Source of the DNA: an uncultured Anaerolineales bacterium
GTDB lineage: Bacteria > Chloroflexota > Anaerolineae > B4-G1 > SLSP01
Direction: 5' to 3'
Assembly: GCA_964452025.1 (NCBI GenBank)
Contig: CAYVKR010000001.1
Span: forward strand, 1 to 46,387
DNA: 46,387 nucleotides
The position numbers and the translations under genes were made by a program. Within the stretch, counting starts at the first letter, position 1. Each line of letters opens with the position of its first letter. The notes beneath the pieces are model-generated. The model saw only the letters and a list, made by a program, of their open reading frames with translations, ran no database searches and was not told the origin of the DNA. Shown here piece by piece: positions 6,704 through 15,506 of the stretch.

Positions 6704-8518
6704 TTAGAAGGGCCAGATCAGGGGCAGGAGGACTGCTGAGAGCACAACCGTTATGATAGCCAGGCCCGTCCCATATCGAAGGTAGTCCTTGGCACGATAA
6801 GCGCCTGGTTTTTGTACTAAGAGGGGGGCGGGATGGCCCACGGGCATCAAATAGGTAGCCGAGGCTCCAACGATGACGGCTACGGTCAGCGCGTAGGGAG
6901 TTATCCCCATTCTGGCGGCGGTGTCTAAAGCCACCGGCGTCATGATGACTGCCACCGCGGCGCCGTGCATAACCTGAGTCAGCGCCATAGCCAACGTAAC
7001 CAGTCCTATCAAAACTGCCAGGGGGCCCAGCTGCCCAACTGTCTGTGCGACCAAAGTGGAGACCAGTTCAGCGGCTCCACTCTGATGCATGGCTAAGCCT
7101 AACGGATACATGCCGCCGATGAGGAGAACGGTGTTCCATTCAACGCTTTGGTAAGCCTCATGTGGATTGAGGATTCCCAGTAAAAGCATGACTGCGCTGC
7201 CACCCAAGGCACCTACGGCAATAGGCAAAAAATCAAAAGCGGCGCTGAGAATCACGAGAAGCATGACTAACGCCGCCCAGGGAGCTAGATGCCGCAGCTC
7301 GCGGGGAGATTCTACCGGCTGGGGGGGATTGAGCCAGATGAACTCTGGTTCAGGATTGAAAGCCCGTATGTTTCTTCGGGATCCGTATAACAGAAGTGCG
7401 TCGCCTCTCTGCAGAGGTTCAAAGCCGACGTCTGTGCGCACCGGGGTATCTGAATGCCAAAGCGCAACGCCTGTCAGACCGTTTTTCTCTCGGAAGTCCA
7501 TCTCCGCCAGCGTTTTGCCCACGACTGGAGAGCGGGGGGGCACCACGACTTCGACCATCTCTGCACCAGAGGCCGTAAATTCTTCTTGCTGACGTGGATT
7601 ACCTAGTAGTTCCAACCCCATATCCTCTGTTAAGCGCTTGACGCGTTCTTTTCGACCTGCGATCAACAAGATATCGCCCGTCTTCAGGGGTAACGCCTGT
7701 CCTCGAACTGTGTGAACTTCGTGATCTCGTAATACCAGTAACACACTCAGTCCATAGTGTTTGCCGATATCGGTTTCTCCGAGTTGACGTTTCACCAACG
7801 GGGAGTCAGGCTCCACCGCGAGCTCCCAAAGTCGCTCTTGGATGTTGTAAGTTTGCATTAACTGATGGGTAACGGCTTCACTGTCTTTGGGTATAGTCAA
7901 CTTTCGTTTTGGCAGTAGCTTGGATGAAAAGAGTACGGCATACAGAGCAAAAGCCAGGATTAACGTGAGACCAATAGGTAAGAGAGATAGAAAGCCGAGG
8001 GAGGCGTAGCCTGAATCTCGTAATAAGCTATCGACCACCAGGTTATGGGAGGCGCCGATAAGGGTGAGGTTTCCACCTGCTAATGCTGCCATCGCAATCG
8101 GTAAGAGCAGGCGCGAGTGCGGAACGCCTTTTTTACGTGCCAGACGTATGACAACAGGAATGAAAAGAGAGACTGTCCCGATATCACTGATAAAACCAGA
8201 GAGAAACCCAGGCACTGTGGTGGCTAATAGGATCAGACGTTTCCCATTTCTCTTGGTCAATCTTTCGATCTGGTCGGTTATCCAGATGACGGCGCCGCTA
8301 CGCACCAAACCTTTGCTGAGAATCAATAGACCGGCGGTGGCTATGACGGCTTCGCTACTGAAACCGCTCAGGGCCTCGTGAGCATCTAGAAGCCCTGCGA
8401 TCACAAGTGATACGAGGACCAGTAGGGCTGTTACATCAGAGCGTAGCCATCCAGTGATAAAAACCACCATAGCTGCGAGTAGAATAGCGAATACCAGAGC
8501 AGTTTCTAGGGGCATCAT
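6704..8518 (-). CDS. SLC13/DASS-type anion permease with two central TrkA-C (RCK-C) domains
   Basis: 604 aa. Multi-TM N- and C-terminal halves flank two soluble repeats (…PDSPLVKRQLGETDIGKHYGLSVLLVLRD…GDILLIAG… and …PRSPVVGKTLAEMDFREKNGLTGVALWH…GDALLLYG…) typical of TrkA-C. Confidence 0.88.
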   Translation of the reverse strand: MMPLETALVFAILLAAMVVFITGWLRSDVTALLVLVSLVIAGLLDAHEALSGFSSEAVIATAGLLILSKGLVRSGAVIWITDQIERLTKRNGKRLILLATTVPGFLSGFISDIGTVSLFIPVVIRLARKKGVPHSRLLLPIAMAALAGGNLTLIGASHNLVVDSLLRDSGYASLGFLSLLPIGLTLILAFALYAVLFSSKLLPKRKLTIPKDSEAVTHQLMQTYNIQERLWELAVEPDSPLVKRQLGETDIGKHYGLSVLLVLRDHEVHTVRGQALPLKTGDILLIAGRKERVKRLTEDMGLELLGNPRQQEEFTASGAEMVEVVVPPRSPVVGKTLAEMDFREKNGLTGVALWHSDTPVRTDVGFEPLQRGDALLLYGSRRNIRAFNPEPEFIWLNPPQPVESPRELRHLAPWAALVMLLVILSAAFDFLPIAVGALGGSAVMLLLGILNPHEAYQSVEWNTVLLIGGMYPLGLAMHQSGAAELVSTLVAQTVGQLGPLAVLIGLVTLAMALTQVMHGAAVAVIMTPVALDTAARMGITPYALTVAVIVGASATYLMPVGHPAPLLVQKPGAYRAKDYLRYGTGLAIITVVLSAVLLPLIWPF

Positions 8519-8783
8519 ATCTCCTTCATGTTTGGGTTAAAAGTCCCCGGAAAGGGAGCTTACTCCTTTTGTAAAGCTTTAGCAACATCCAGGGGGTAGG
8601 GGCAAACGAAGCTGGGGTTGATGCGGGAGGGAAACATGATGGGAAGCCGTCTATGGCGTTTGAGCCACCCGACAACTGCTTCGTTTGCCCCATTTTGGCA
8701 GGATTTTTCTCTTTTTTATTCTGTGTTACACTGCGAAACAGGCAATGCTGTCTCTTAAAAAGTGGAATGTCAGAGGAGGCGAT

Positions 8784-9191
8784 ATGAGCGAGGAAAAGAA
8801 GGACGTCTTGGGTGAGGTTGAGATTGTGGAAGAGGCGAAGGCTGAAGCGGTGACTATCCAGCAGGGCGGCGCCCAGTACGTCGAGGCCGATAAAGTCCAC
8901 GTGGAGCAGGGCGGTGTAGGACGCGCCGAGGCGCGCTTCATCGACGTCGTTGAGGGCGGCGTGGGCATCGCATTGGGCGAGAATGTCACGTTGAAGGACG
9001 GCGGCGTGGGCGTGGCGGTCGCCAGTCACATCAAGATGGAAGACGGGAGCGCGTTCTTGGCCGCGGCTCAGACCATCGAGGGCGAGGATGTCACCATTCT
9101 CTTCGACGTGCGGGCAGCTGTTCTCCTTGGTGTCATCGTCGGCTTGATTGTTGGTATCTTCAAGGCGCTGGGACGAAAGAAAGCTGCTTAG
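8784..9191 (+). CDS. hypothetical repeat protein with C-terminal TM anchor
   Basis: Start chosen at the ATG behind RBS gaggagg (8773-8779). About five 15-16-aa repeats of the form GG[VA]G.A....[VI].[VLM].[ED]. C-terminal helix AAVLLGVIVGLIVGIF followed by KALGRKK. Confidence 0.55.
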   Translation: MSEEKKDVLGEVEIVEEAKAEAVTIQQGGAQYVEADKVHVEQGGVGRAEARFIDVVEGGVGIALGENVTLKDGGVGVAVASHIKMEDGSAFLAAAQTIEGEDVTILFDVRAAVLLGVIVGLIVGIFKALGRKKAA

Positions 9192-9266
9192 TGTAAAACC
9201 CATTCACCGTTCCTGGCAGGCGCTCGACGTCTGCTTGGTATCCTCAATATAATGCCGGGGGATACG

Positions 9267-9297
9267 AAAAGGGCGACCCTAACTAAGGTCGCCCTTT
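9267..9297. terminator. bidirectional intrinsic terminator
   Basis: aaaaGGGCGACC (9267-9278), loop ctaactaa, GGTCGCCCttt (9287-9297). Lies between convergent genes (the 8784 CDS and rplT). Confidence 0.65.
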
Positions 9298-9316
9298 GCC
9301 GTTTATCATGAAGCGG

Positions 9317-9661
9317 CTACTGCATCGCTATCTCTACGACTTTCGTGAACGCATCAGGATCACGAACCGCCATGTCCGAAAGCATCTTCCGGTTCAGCTG
9401 AATATCGGCCTCTTTGAGGCCGTGGATTAGCCGGCTGTACGTGGTCCCGTTTTGACGCGCTGCCGCGTTGATGCGCGTAATCCACAGGCGACGGAAGTCG
9501 CGCTTGCGGTTGCGGCGATCACGGTAAGCGTAGCACATGGCATTGATCAGACCCTCATTCGCACGGCGAAACAATCGATGCCGGGTGCCGTAAAAGCCTT
9601 TGGTCCGGCGAATGACCTTCTTATGACGACGGCGTGTTACAACTCCACCTTTTACTCTCAC
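9317..9661 (-). CDS. rplT: 50S ribosomal protein L20
   Basis: 114 aa. (M)[24 protein letters not shown]...INAAARQNG is canonical L20. GTG start with AGGAG RBS. Confidence 0.97.
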   Translation of the reverse strand: MRVKGGVVTRRRHKKVIRRTKGFYGTRHRLFRRANEGLINAMCYAYRDRRNRKRDFRRLWITRINAAARQNGTTYSRLIHGLKEADIQLNRKMLSDMAVRDPDAFTKVVEIAMQ

Positions 9662-9672
9662 AATTCCAACTC

Positions 9673-9891
9673 CTAGTCTTTCTCGTGCAGGTAAGGAGCC
9701 AAGCGCTTGACACGCTTCTTGATTGACGGTTCCTTGACCACGTGCATTTCATCGAACTCACGTTTGACATCTTTGGGCTTTCTGCGCCGCAGGTGACTTT
9801 TGCCCTGACGTGTGCGCATCAGTTTGCCCTTACCGCCTTTCGAACGGCGGAAACGTTTTGCTGTCGCTTGGTGTGTTTTGATCTTTGGCAC
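9673..9891 (-). CDS. rpmI: 50S ribosomal protein L35
   Basis: 72 aa. (M)[33 protein letters not shown] is canonical L35. GTG start with GGAG 7 nt upstream. Confidence 0.95.
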   Translation of the reverse strand: MPKIKTHQATAKRFRRSKGGKGKLMRTRQGKSHLRRRKPKDVKREFDEMHVVKEPSIKKRVKRLAPYLHEKD

Positions 9892-10083
9892 TTAAGAACT
9901 CCTTTTTGACTTTGGTGAAAAAAGCCTGTTTACCGCAGAGAGCGCCAAGATAAAATTAATAGTTTGTTTAACTATTTTTATATTTCTCCGAATCTCACGA
10001 TAAAAAGTTATAGAAAACCTAAGACTCTCTGTGCCCTCTGCGTGCTCTGTGGTTAGATTGACCTTTTTTCAGGTCAGCCCTTT

Positions 10084-10641
10084 TTACTTTTTCGGGGCCA
10101 GAACCATCAGCATCGTTCGGCCATCCATCTCTGGCTTCTGTTCGATCTGCGCGATATCGTCCAATTCATCGACGACTTTTTGCATCTGTTCGAGCGCAAC
10201 CTCCGGGTAGGTGATCTCCCGGCCTCGGAATCGCACGCGAACTTTGACCTTGTTGCCATTTTCTAGCCAACGACGCGCGTCTCGAATCTTGAAAGAGAGA
10301 TGGTGATCGGTCGTTTTCGGCCTCAGACGGATCTCTTTGATCTCGATCTGCTTCTGGGATTTGCGTGCTTTGCGTTCCTTCTTTGATTGCTCGTACAGGA
10401 ACTTGCCGTAATCCATGATCCGGGTGACGGGTGGGTTGGCATTGGGTGCGACTTCCACCAAATCCATGCCTTTGTCTATGGCTGCTTGATAAGCGTCCTG
10501 GATGGCGACAACGCCGTGGTTGTTACCTTCCTCGTCAATTAAACGAACCTCGCGCGCCCGGATCTGTCGATTCACGCGGTACTTCGATGATGTGCTGATG
10601 ACAGCCCCCTTGTAACTTGACTTATAATGCCTTACAAACAT
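10084..10641 (-). CDS. infC: translation initiation factor IF-3 (5' end uncertain; a possible AUC start at 10599)
   Basis: RVNRQIRAREVRLIDEEGNNHGVV...MDYGKFLYEQSKKE...IRLRPKTTDHHLSFK is canonical IF-3. The listed ATG lacks an RBS and coincides with the predicted transcription start. AAGGGGG-N5-ATC occurs 14 codons downstream. Confidence 0.92.
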   Translation of the reverse strand: MFVRHYKSSYKGAVISTSSKYRVNRQIRAREVRLIDEEGNNHGVVAIQDAYQAAIDKGMDLVEVAPNANPPVTRIMDYGKFLYEQSKKERKARKSQKQIEIKEIRLRPKTTDHHLSFKIRDARRWLENGNKVKVRVRFRGREITYPEVALEQMQKVVDELDDIAQIEQKPEMDGRTMLMVLAPKK

Positions 10642-10645
10642 GGCT

Positions 10646-10673
10646 ATAATAACATGAGTCGAGGCAATGTCAA
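10646..10673 (-). promoter_or_regulatory. sigma70-type promoter upstream of infC
   Basis: Minus strand: TTGACA (10673-10668), 16-nt spacer, TATTAT (10651-10646). Confidence 0.45.
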
Positions 10674-10713
10674 CTATTGATGGGTTTATCTGGGACGCTC
10701 AACGTTCCCGCCT

Positions 10714-13611
10714 CTAACATCCGCCCTTTTGCAGCCAGCGCTTCAGATACTGCCCGGTATACGAGTGTTCGGCCTGGGCGATGTCTTCAGGCGTACCCTG
10801 GGCGACGATTTCTCCGCCTGCGTCGCCGCCTTCCGGCCCCAGGTCGATGATCCAGTCAGAGACTTTGATCACGTCAGGATTGTGTTCGATGACCACGACG
10901 GTGTCGCCGTCATCGGTTAATCGCTGCAGCACGTGGATCAGGCGATCTACGTCGGCGGCGTGCAGCCCCACTGTCGGCTCGTCCAGGATGTAGAGCGTGT
11001 GTCCGCGCGTCTGTTTGGAGAGCTCGCGCGAGAGTTTGATGCGCTGGGCCTCACCGCCGGAAAGCGTCGGCGAGGGCTGTCCCAGTCGAATGTATCCCAG
11101 GCCGACATCGTAGAGAGTCTGGAGGCGGCGCGTGATCTTAGGGATGGCGCTGAAGAAGTCCAAGGCCTCGGTGACGGTCATCTCCAGCACGTCAGCGATG
11201 TTCTTATCCTTGTAACGGATCTGGAGCGTCTCGCGGTTGTAACGCGCGCCGTGGCAGACGTCGCAGGGCACGTAGACTTCTGGCAGGAACTGCATCTCGA
11301 TGCGCAACGTCCCCTGTCCCTTGCAAGCCTCGCAGCGTCCGCCCTTGGTGTTGAAGGAAAAGCGGCCCTTGTCATAGCCGCGCAGTTTGGAGTCCGGCAG
11401 CTCGGCGAAGAGCTCGCGGATGGGCGTGAAGACGCCGGTGTAGGTACCGGGGTTCGAGCGCGGCGTTCGCCCGATGGGTGACTGGTCGATGTTGATGATC
11501 TTGTCCACGTGCTCCAGCCCGTCGAGGCCGTCCATGGCCCCTGCTGGATCGCGCGCGCCGTTGATGATCTGGGCCAGCCGCTTGTAGAGCGTCTCAACGA
11601 CCAGCGTGCTCTTGCCGGAGCCGGAGACGCCGGTGACGCAGGTGAAGAGGCCCAGCGGAAAGCGGACATCGAGGTGTTTGAGGTTGTGCTGGCGCGCGCC
11701 GTGCAGCACCAGCGCCTTGCCGTTGCCCGGACGGCGCTTTTCCGGCAGCGGAATGCACTTGCGCCCGGAGAGGTAAGCTCCCGTGATCGACGTGGGGTGC
11801 TCGATAATGGTCTCGGGCGGTCCCGCCGCGACGACTTCGCCGCCGTGCTCGCCGGCGCCGGGTCCCAGATCGACGATCCAGTCGGCGGTGCGGATGGTCT
11901 CCTCGTCGTGCTCGACCACGAGCACAGTGTTACCCAGATCGCGCATCTCCTTGAGCGTGCGCATGAGGCGGGCGGTGTCGCGTTGGTGCAGGCCGATACT
12001 GGGCTCGTCCAGCACGTAGAGCACACCGGTCAGCCGCGAGCCGACCTGCGTCGCCAGCCGGATGCGCTGCGCTTCGCCCCCGGAGAGGGTGTTAGCCGTG
12101 CGCTCGAGGCTCAGATAGTCGAGGCCCACATCGACCAGAAACGTGAGACGGCTGTGGATCTCCTTGAGCGCGCGCTCGCCGATGGCGTACTGCTTGGGCG
12201 TGAGCTTGCCGTCGTTGATCAACGCCTCGATCCAGGTCCGCAATTGGGCTACCGGCCACTTGTTGAGAGCGTGGATGGGCTCGCCGGCCAGTTTGACGGC
12301 GCGGGCCACGGCGTTGAGCCGGGTGCCGTGGCAATCCTTGCAGGGCGTGTGACTCATCACCTCTTCGATCTTGCCGCGCATGTAGTCGGAACTGGTCTCT
12401 TCGTACCGACGGGAGAGGTTGGGGATGATGCCCTCATAGGCACGGTTGCCTTCCCAGACGCCGTTGGGACTTTCGTAGCGCATGCGAATGCGCTCTCGCC
12501 CGGTTCCGTGCAGGATAACCTCGCGCTGATCAGGGGATAGCTCGCGCCAGGGATCGTCCATATCCACTCCGTAGTGTTCGGCGACGGTCTGGAGCCGTTT
12601 GAAGGTGTAGCTGGTCTTGTCCTCGGAGACGCCGAAAGCGATGGCGCCCTCGTTGAGCGAGCGGTCGGGGTTGGGCACGATGAGGTCGGGGTCCAGTTCC
12701 ATCTTGTAGCCCAGGCCCTGGCAGGTCTCACAGGCGCCGTGGGGACTGTTGAAGGAGAAGGAGCGCGGCTCAATCTCCGGCAGACTGATGCCGCAGATGG
12801 GGCAGGCCAGGTTCTCCGAGAAGAGCACGTCGCCGGTTGGCCGGGCCTCCGGGTCCGGGGCGCGGACCACGTCGATGATGAGGATGCCGTCGCCCAGCCG
12901 GAGCGCCGTCTCCACGGAATCGGTCACGCGGCTGACGAAGTCGCGATAAACGTCTTCGGGCGTCTCCTCGGGCTCAGGGATGATCAGGCGGTCGACGACG
13001 GCCTCGATATCATGCAGCTTGTAGCGGTCGAGCTCGGGGATCTCCTCGAGCTCATAGACCTCGCCATCGACGCGCACGCGGATAAAGCCCAGCTTGCGCA
13101 CTTCATCGAAGATGGTCTCGTGATGCCCTTTGCGTCCCCGCACCAACGGCGAGAGCACCTGCAACCGGGTGTTGCTGGGCATCTCCAGCACAGCGTCGAC
13201 GATCTCCTGAGCGCTCTGCTGGGTCACCGGACGCCCGCACTGCGGGCAGTGGGGCACGCCGATGCGGGCGTAGAGCAGGCGCAGATAATCGTAGATCTCC
13301 GTCACCGTGCCCACCGTCGAGCGTGGGTTGTGCGAGACGCCCTTCTGGTCGATGGCGATAGCCGGGCTGAGCCCGTCGATGGTCTCGACGTGCGGCTTGT
13401 TCATCTGACCGAGAAACTGTCGGGCATAAGAGCTAAGCGATTCGATATACCGACGCTGTCCCTCAGCGAAAATCGTATCGAAGGCCAGGGACGATTTCCC
13501 TGAGCCTGAAAGACCGGTGATGACGACCAGTTTGTTTTTCGGTATCTCGACCGTGATATTCTTGAGGTTGTGTTGTTGCGCACCTCTTACAATCAGTTTG
13601 TCACTTGGCAT
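10714..13611 (-). CDS. uvrA: excinuclease ABC subunit A
   Basis: 965 aa. [50 protein letters not shown], two ABC modules and zinc-finger Cys clusters. Unambiguous UvrA. Confidence 0.98.
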   Translation of the reverse strand: MPSDKLIVRGAQQHNLKNITVEIPKNKLVVITGLSGSGKSSLAFDTIFAEGQRRYIESLSSYARQFLGQMNKPHVETIDGLSPAIAIDQKGVSHNPRSTVGTVTEIYDYLRLLYARIGVPHCPQCGRPVTQQSAQEIVDAVLEMPSNTRLQVLSPLVRGRKGHHETIFDEVRKLGFIRVRVDGEVYELEEIPELDRYKLHDIEAVVDRLIIPEPEETPEDVYRDFVSRVTDSVETALRLGDGILIIDVVRAPDPEARPTGDVLFSENLACPICGISLPEIEPRSFSFNSPHGACETCQGLGYKMELDPDLIVPNPDRSLNEGAIAFGVSEDKTSYTFKRLQTVAEHYGVDMDDPWRELSPDQREVILHGTGRERIRMRYESPNGVWEGNRAYEGIIPNLSRRYEETSSDYMRGKIEEVMSHTPCKDCHGTRLNAVARAVKLAGEPIHALNKWPVAQLRTWIEALINDGKLTPKQYAIGERALKEIHSRLTFLVDVGLDYLSLERTANTLSGGEAQRIRLATQVGSRLTGVLYVLDEPSIGLHQRDTARLMRTLKEMRDLGNTVLVVEHDEETIRTADWIVDLGPGAGEHGGEVVAAGPPETIIEHPTSITGAYLSGRKCIPLPEKRRPGNGKALVLHGARQHNLKHLDVRFPLGLFTCVTGVSGSGKSTLVVETLYKRLAQIINGARDPAGAMDGLDGLEHVDKIINIDQSPIGRTPRSNPGTYTGVFTPIRELFAELPDSKLRGYDKGRFSFNTKGGRCEACKGQGTLRIEMQFLPEVYVPCDVCHGARYNRETLQIRYKDKNIADVLEMTVTEALDFFSAIPKITRRLQTLYDVGLGYIRLGQPSPTLSGGEAQRIKLSRELSKQTRGHTLYILDEPTVGLHAADVDRLIHVLQRLTDDGDTVVVIEHNPDVIKVSDWIIDLGPEGGDAGGEIVAQGTPEDIAQAEHSYTGQYLKRWLQKGGC

Positions 13612-13638
13612 CTTCTATCCCTTTCTGTGCAACTGCCT

Positions 13639-13647
13639 ATTATAACA
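13639..13647 (-). promoter_or_regulatory. extended -10 element TGTTATAAT upstream of uvrA
   Basis: The minus strand reads catgTGTTATAATagg, about 28 nt upstream of the uvrA ATG. The same 9-mer recurs at 27795 and 34072. Confidence 0.4.
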
Positions 13648-13690
13648 TGGTTCAGAAGAAAAGAGTAAAACATCCGTTCTATTTTGTTGG

Positions 13691-13718
13691 TTGCGACTTT
13701 CCTTTGATCGGTTATGAT
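13691..13718 (+). promoter_or_regulatory. sigma70-type promoter for the secreted-protein gene set
   Basis: TTGCGA (13691-13696), 16-nt spacer, TATGAT (13713-13718). Lies 38 nt before the ATG at 13756. Confidence 0.45.
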
Positions 13719-13755
13719 TACGGATGGAGAGCGTAGGTGACGATACATCTAGCGC

Positions 13756-14373
13756 ATGAAAGGAGAGCTTTTGCGACGTCGAAATCTTCTTGGGGGGATG
13801 AGTGTGGCGCTTGCCATCTGGGTGGCGTTAAGTCTGCTGCCGGTGACGTGGGCCAGACCGGAGCAGAACGAAGATCGGCAGACGGTACCGACGCGCACGC
13901 CCAGTCCGCTGCCGACGACGGAGGAGCCACCGACGGAAGAGCCGCCGACAGAGGAGCCGCCTCCGCCGGCAACGGAAGCGCCCGAAGCGACGGCTACGCC
14001 TACCTCTACGCCAGCGGACGCTACGACGTCAACGCCCACCTCGTTGCCGCCCACCGCCTCGCCTTCCCTCACCGCTACGGAAGACATGACCGTCCCTGTC
14101 ACGGTGACGCCTTCCCCTTCTTCCCCACCCACGGAGACGGCAACTACAACGCCGAGCGCGACGACTGCTGCCATGTCGAGTCCTACGTCAACCGTTGAGC
14201 CACTCTTTGCTACTGAGACCACAGAACCCCCTGCGATTGCCGAGACGCCATCCGAGGACGTCACCGCAGAGCCGAGGCGGCGCCTCTCCCCGTTGCTGCT
14301 GGGCGGAGGTCTGTTGCTCTTGTTGGGACTGACTATGCTGCTGGTAGGTCGAAGGTTTTCGAGCGAAGAGTAG
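13756..14373 (+). CDS. secreted Pro/Thr/Ser-rich (mucin-like) protein with C-terminal membrane anchor
   Basis: N-terminal signal LRRRNLLGGMSVALAIWVALSLLPVTWA. About 150 aa of PT-rich low-complexity sequence including a triple EEPPT repeat. C-terminal LLLGGGLLLLLGLTMLLVGRRF. Confidence 0.7.
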   Translation: MKGELLRRRNLLGGMSVALAIWVALSLLPVTWARPEQNEDRQTVPTRTPSPLPTTEEPPTEEPPTEEPPPPATEAPEATATPTSTPADATTSTPTSLPPTASPSLTATEDMTVPVTVTPSPSSPPTETATTTPSATTAAMSSPTSTVEPLFATETTEPPAIAETPSEDVTAEPRRRLSPLLLGGGLLLLLGLTMLLVGRRFSSEE

Positions 14374-14401
14374 CCGGCTATTGGAGGCTGGCGAGGAGGG
14401 C

Positions 14402-15505
14402 ATGATGAGGTGGAGGCGCATGGGGTTAGCTGTTGTTGGGGCTTTGTTGGGTTTGGTGTTGATGGGGCAGGCGACCGGCATTAGAGCAGATGACGCTTCA
14501 CAACCTTTTACCACGAACATGGCGGGCACAGGCTACGTCTATTTATTCGACTCGGAGAATGAGGAGTTTATCTTCACGTTTACGCTACCTATGCTGGATG
14601 CAAATCCCCGGGACGTTGACGTGGTGACACAAGGCAGCGTGCAAGAAGTGTGGTTCACGGAACCGGGCGCGGATCGCATCGGGCGGCTGGTCTACACGGA
14701 TACGGAGCACACGTCCTATCAGGCGTATGACGTTGGCCCCGGCTGTTCTCCGTTGAATCTAGAGGTTGATGGGCAGTGGGTCTGGTTCACGGCGCCGGGA
14801 TGCGATCAAATCGGGCGGCTCTCTCGACAGACCCAGAGCACGGACACCTTCGACATCACGCCTGCCGGCACGTATCCTGCCGACCTCGCAATTGCCGGCG
14901 ACGGCAGTGTCTGGTTCACGCAGATGCAGGCGGATCAGCTGGCGCATCTTGTGGTCACGTCCACTGTGGACTATCAGTTAACGACGTATCAAGACGATTT
15001 GCTGGATGGCGGTCGGCCCTATGGCATTGCCTTGGCGCAACAAGGTGTGTACATCGCCCAGACAATGAACGATAAGGTCTCCAAGTACACGCCAGCAACC
15101 GGCTTGTGGCTCAACGTCTCATTACCTGGCATGGATAATCTAGAGAATCCCTATAAATTGACAGTTGGGAATGAAGGTGCTGTATGGGGAACAGAGATGT
15201 CAGGTAACCGCGTTACCCGGTTTACGTATGGGACGTTTGCCGTTCTCGCCTCTTATGATTTGGAGCCGGCAGGTAGTTCGCCGATGGCGTTGGCAGCAGG
15301 TGCTGCCGATCAGCTGTGGTTTACGCAGTGGGGCGCCGGTCAGATTGGACGCTTAGCAACTAAGGCTGAAACTCTATCCTATTATCCTCTGCCCATGGAT
15401 AGGCTGGCGCCTTCTGGTGTTGTTGTGGAAGATCAGAATGTCTGGGTTGTGGCTACGAAACCGTACGTTGTCTATCTTCCGCTGACTGTTCGTTTTTGGG
15501 GGTAG
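14402..15505 (+). CDS. secreted beta-propeller protein, Vgb (streptogramin lyase)-like repeats
   Basis: Repeated blades: VWFTEPGADRIGRL, VWFTAPGCDQIGRL, VWFTQMQADQLAHL, VWGTEMSGNRVTRF, LWFTQWGAGQIGRL. Signal peptide MMRWRRMGLAVVGALLGLVLMG. Start moved to the ATG behind gaggaggg. Confidence 0.8.
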   Translation: MMRWRRMGLAVVGALLGLVLMGQATGIRADDASQPFTTNMAGTGYVYLFDSENEEFIFTFTLPMLDANPRDVDVVTQGSVQEVWFTEPGADRIGRLVYTDTEHTSYQAYDVGPGCSPLNLEVDGQWVWFTAPGCDQIGRLSRQTQSTDTFDITPAGTYPADLAIAGDGSVWFTQMQADQLAHLVVTSTVDYQLTTYQDDLLDGGRPYGIALAQQGVYIAQTMNDKVSKYTPATGLWLNVSLPGMDNLENPYKLTVGNEGAVWGTEMSGNRVTRFTYGTFAVLASYDLEPAGSSPMALAAGAADQLWFTQWGAGQIGRLATKAETLSYYPLPMDRLAPSGVVVEDQNVWVVATKPYVVYLPLTVRFWG

Positions 15506-15506
15506 G

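Noticed and set aside
8526-9203. 225-aa minus-strand ORF opposite the GG[VA]G repeat protein
   Set aside because: No RBS and a compositionally odd translation. The + strand frame has a strong RBS, internal repeat periodicity and a clean C-terminal TM anchor.
10729-13583. Long ORFs overlapping uvrA (11509..12540 + 343 aa, 12574..13503 + 309 aa, 11178..12026 - 282 aa and others)
   Set aside because: Same GC-shadow character with no recognisable motifs. uvrA occupies the whole interval with textbook conservation.
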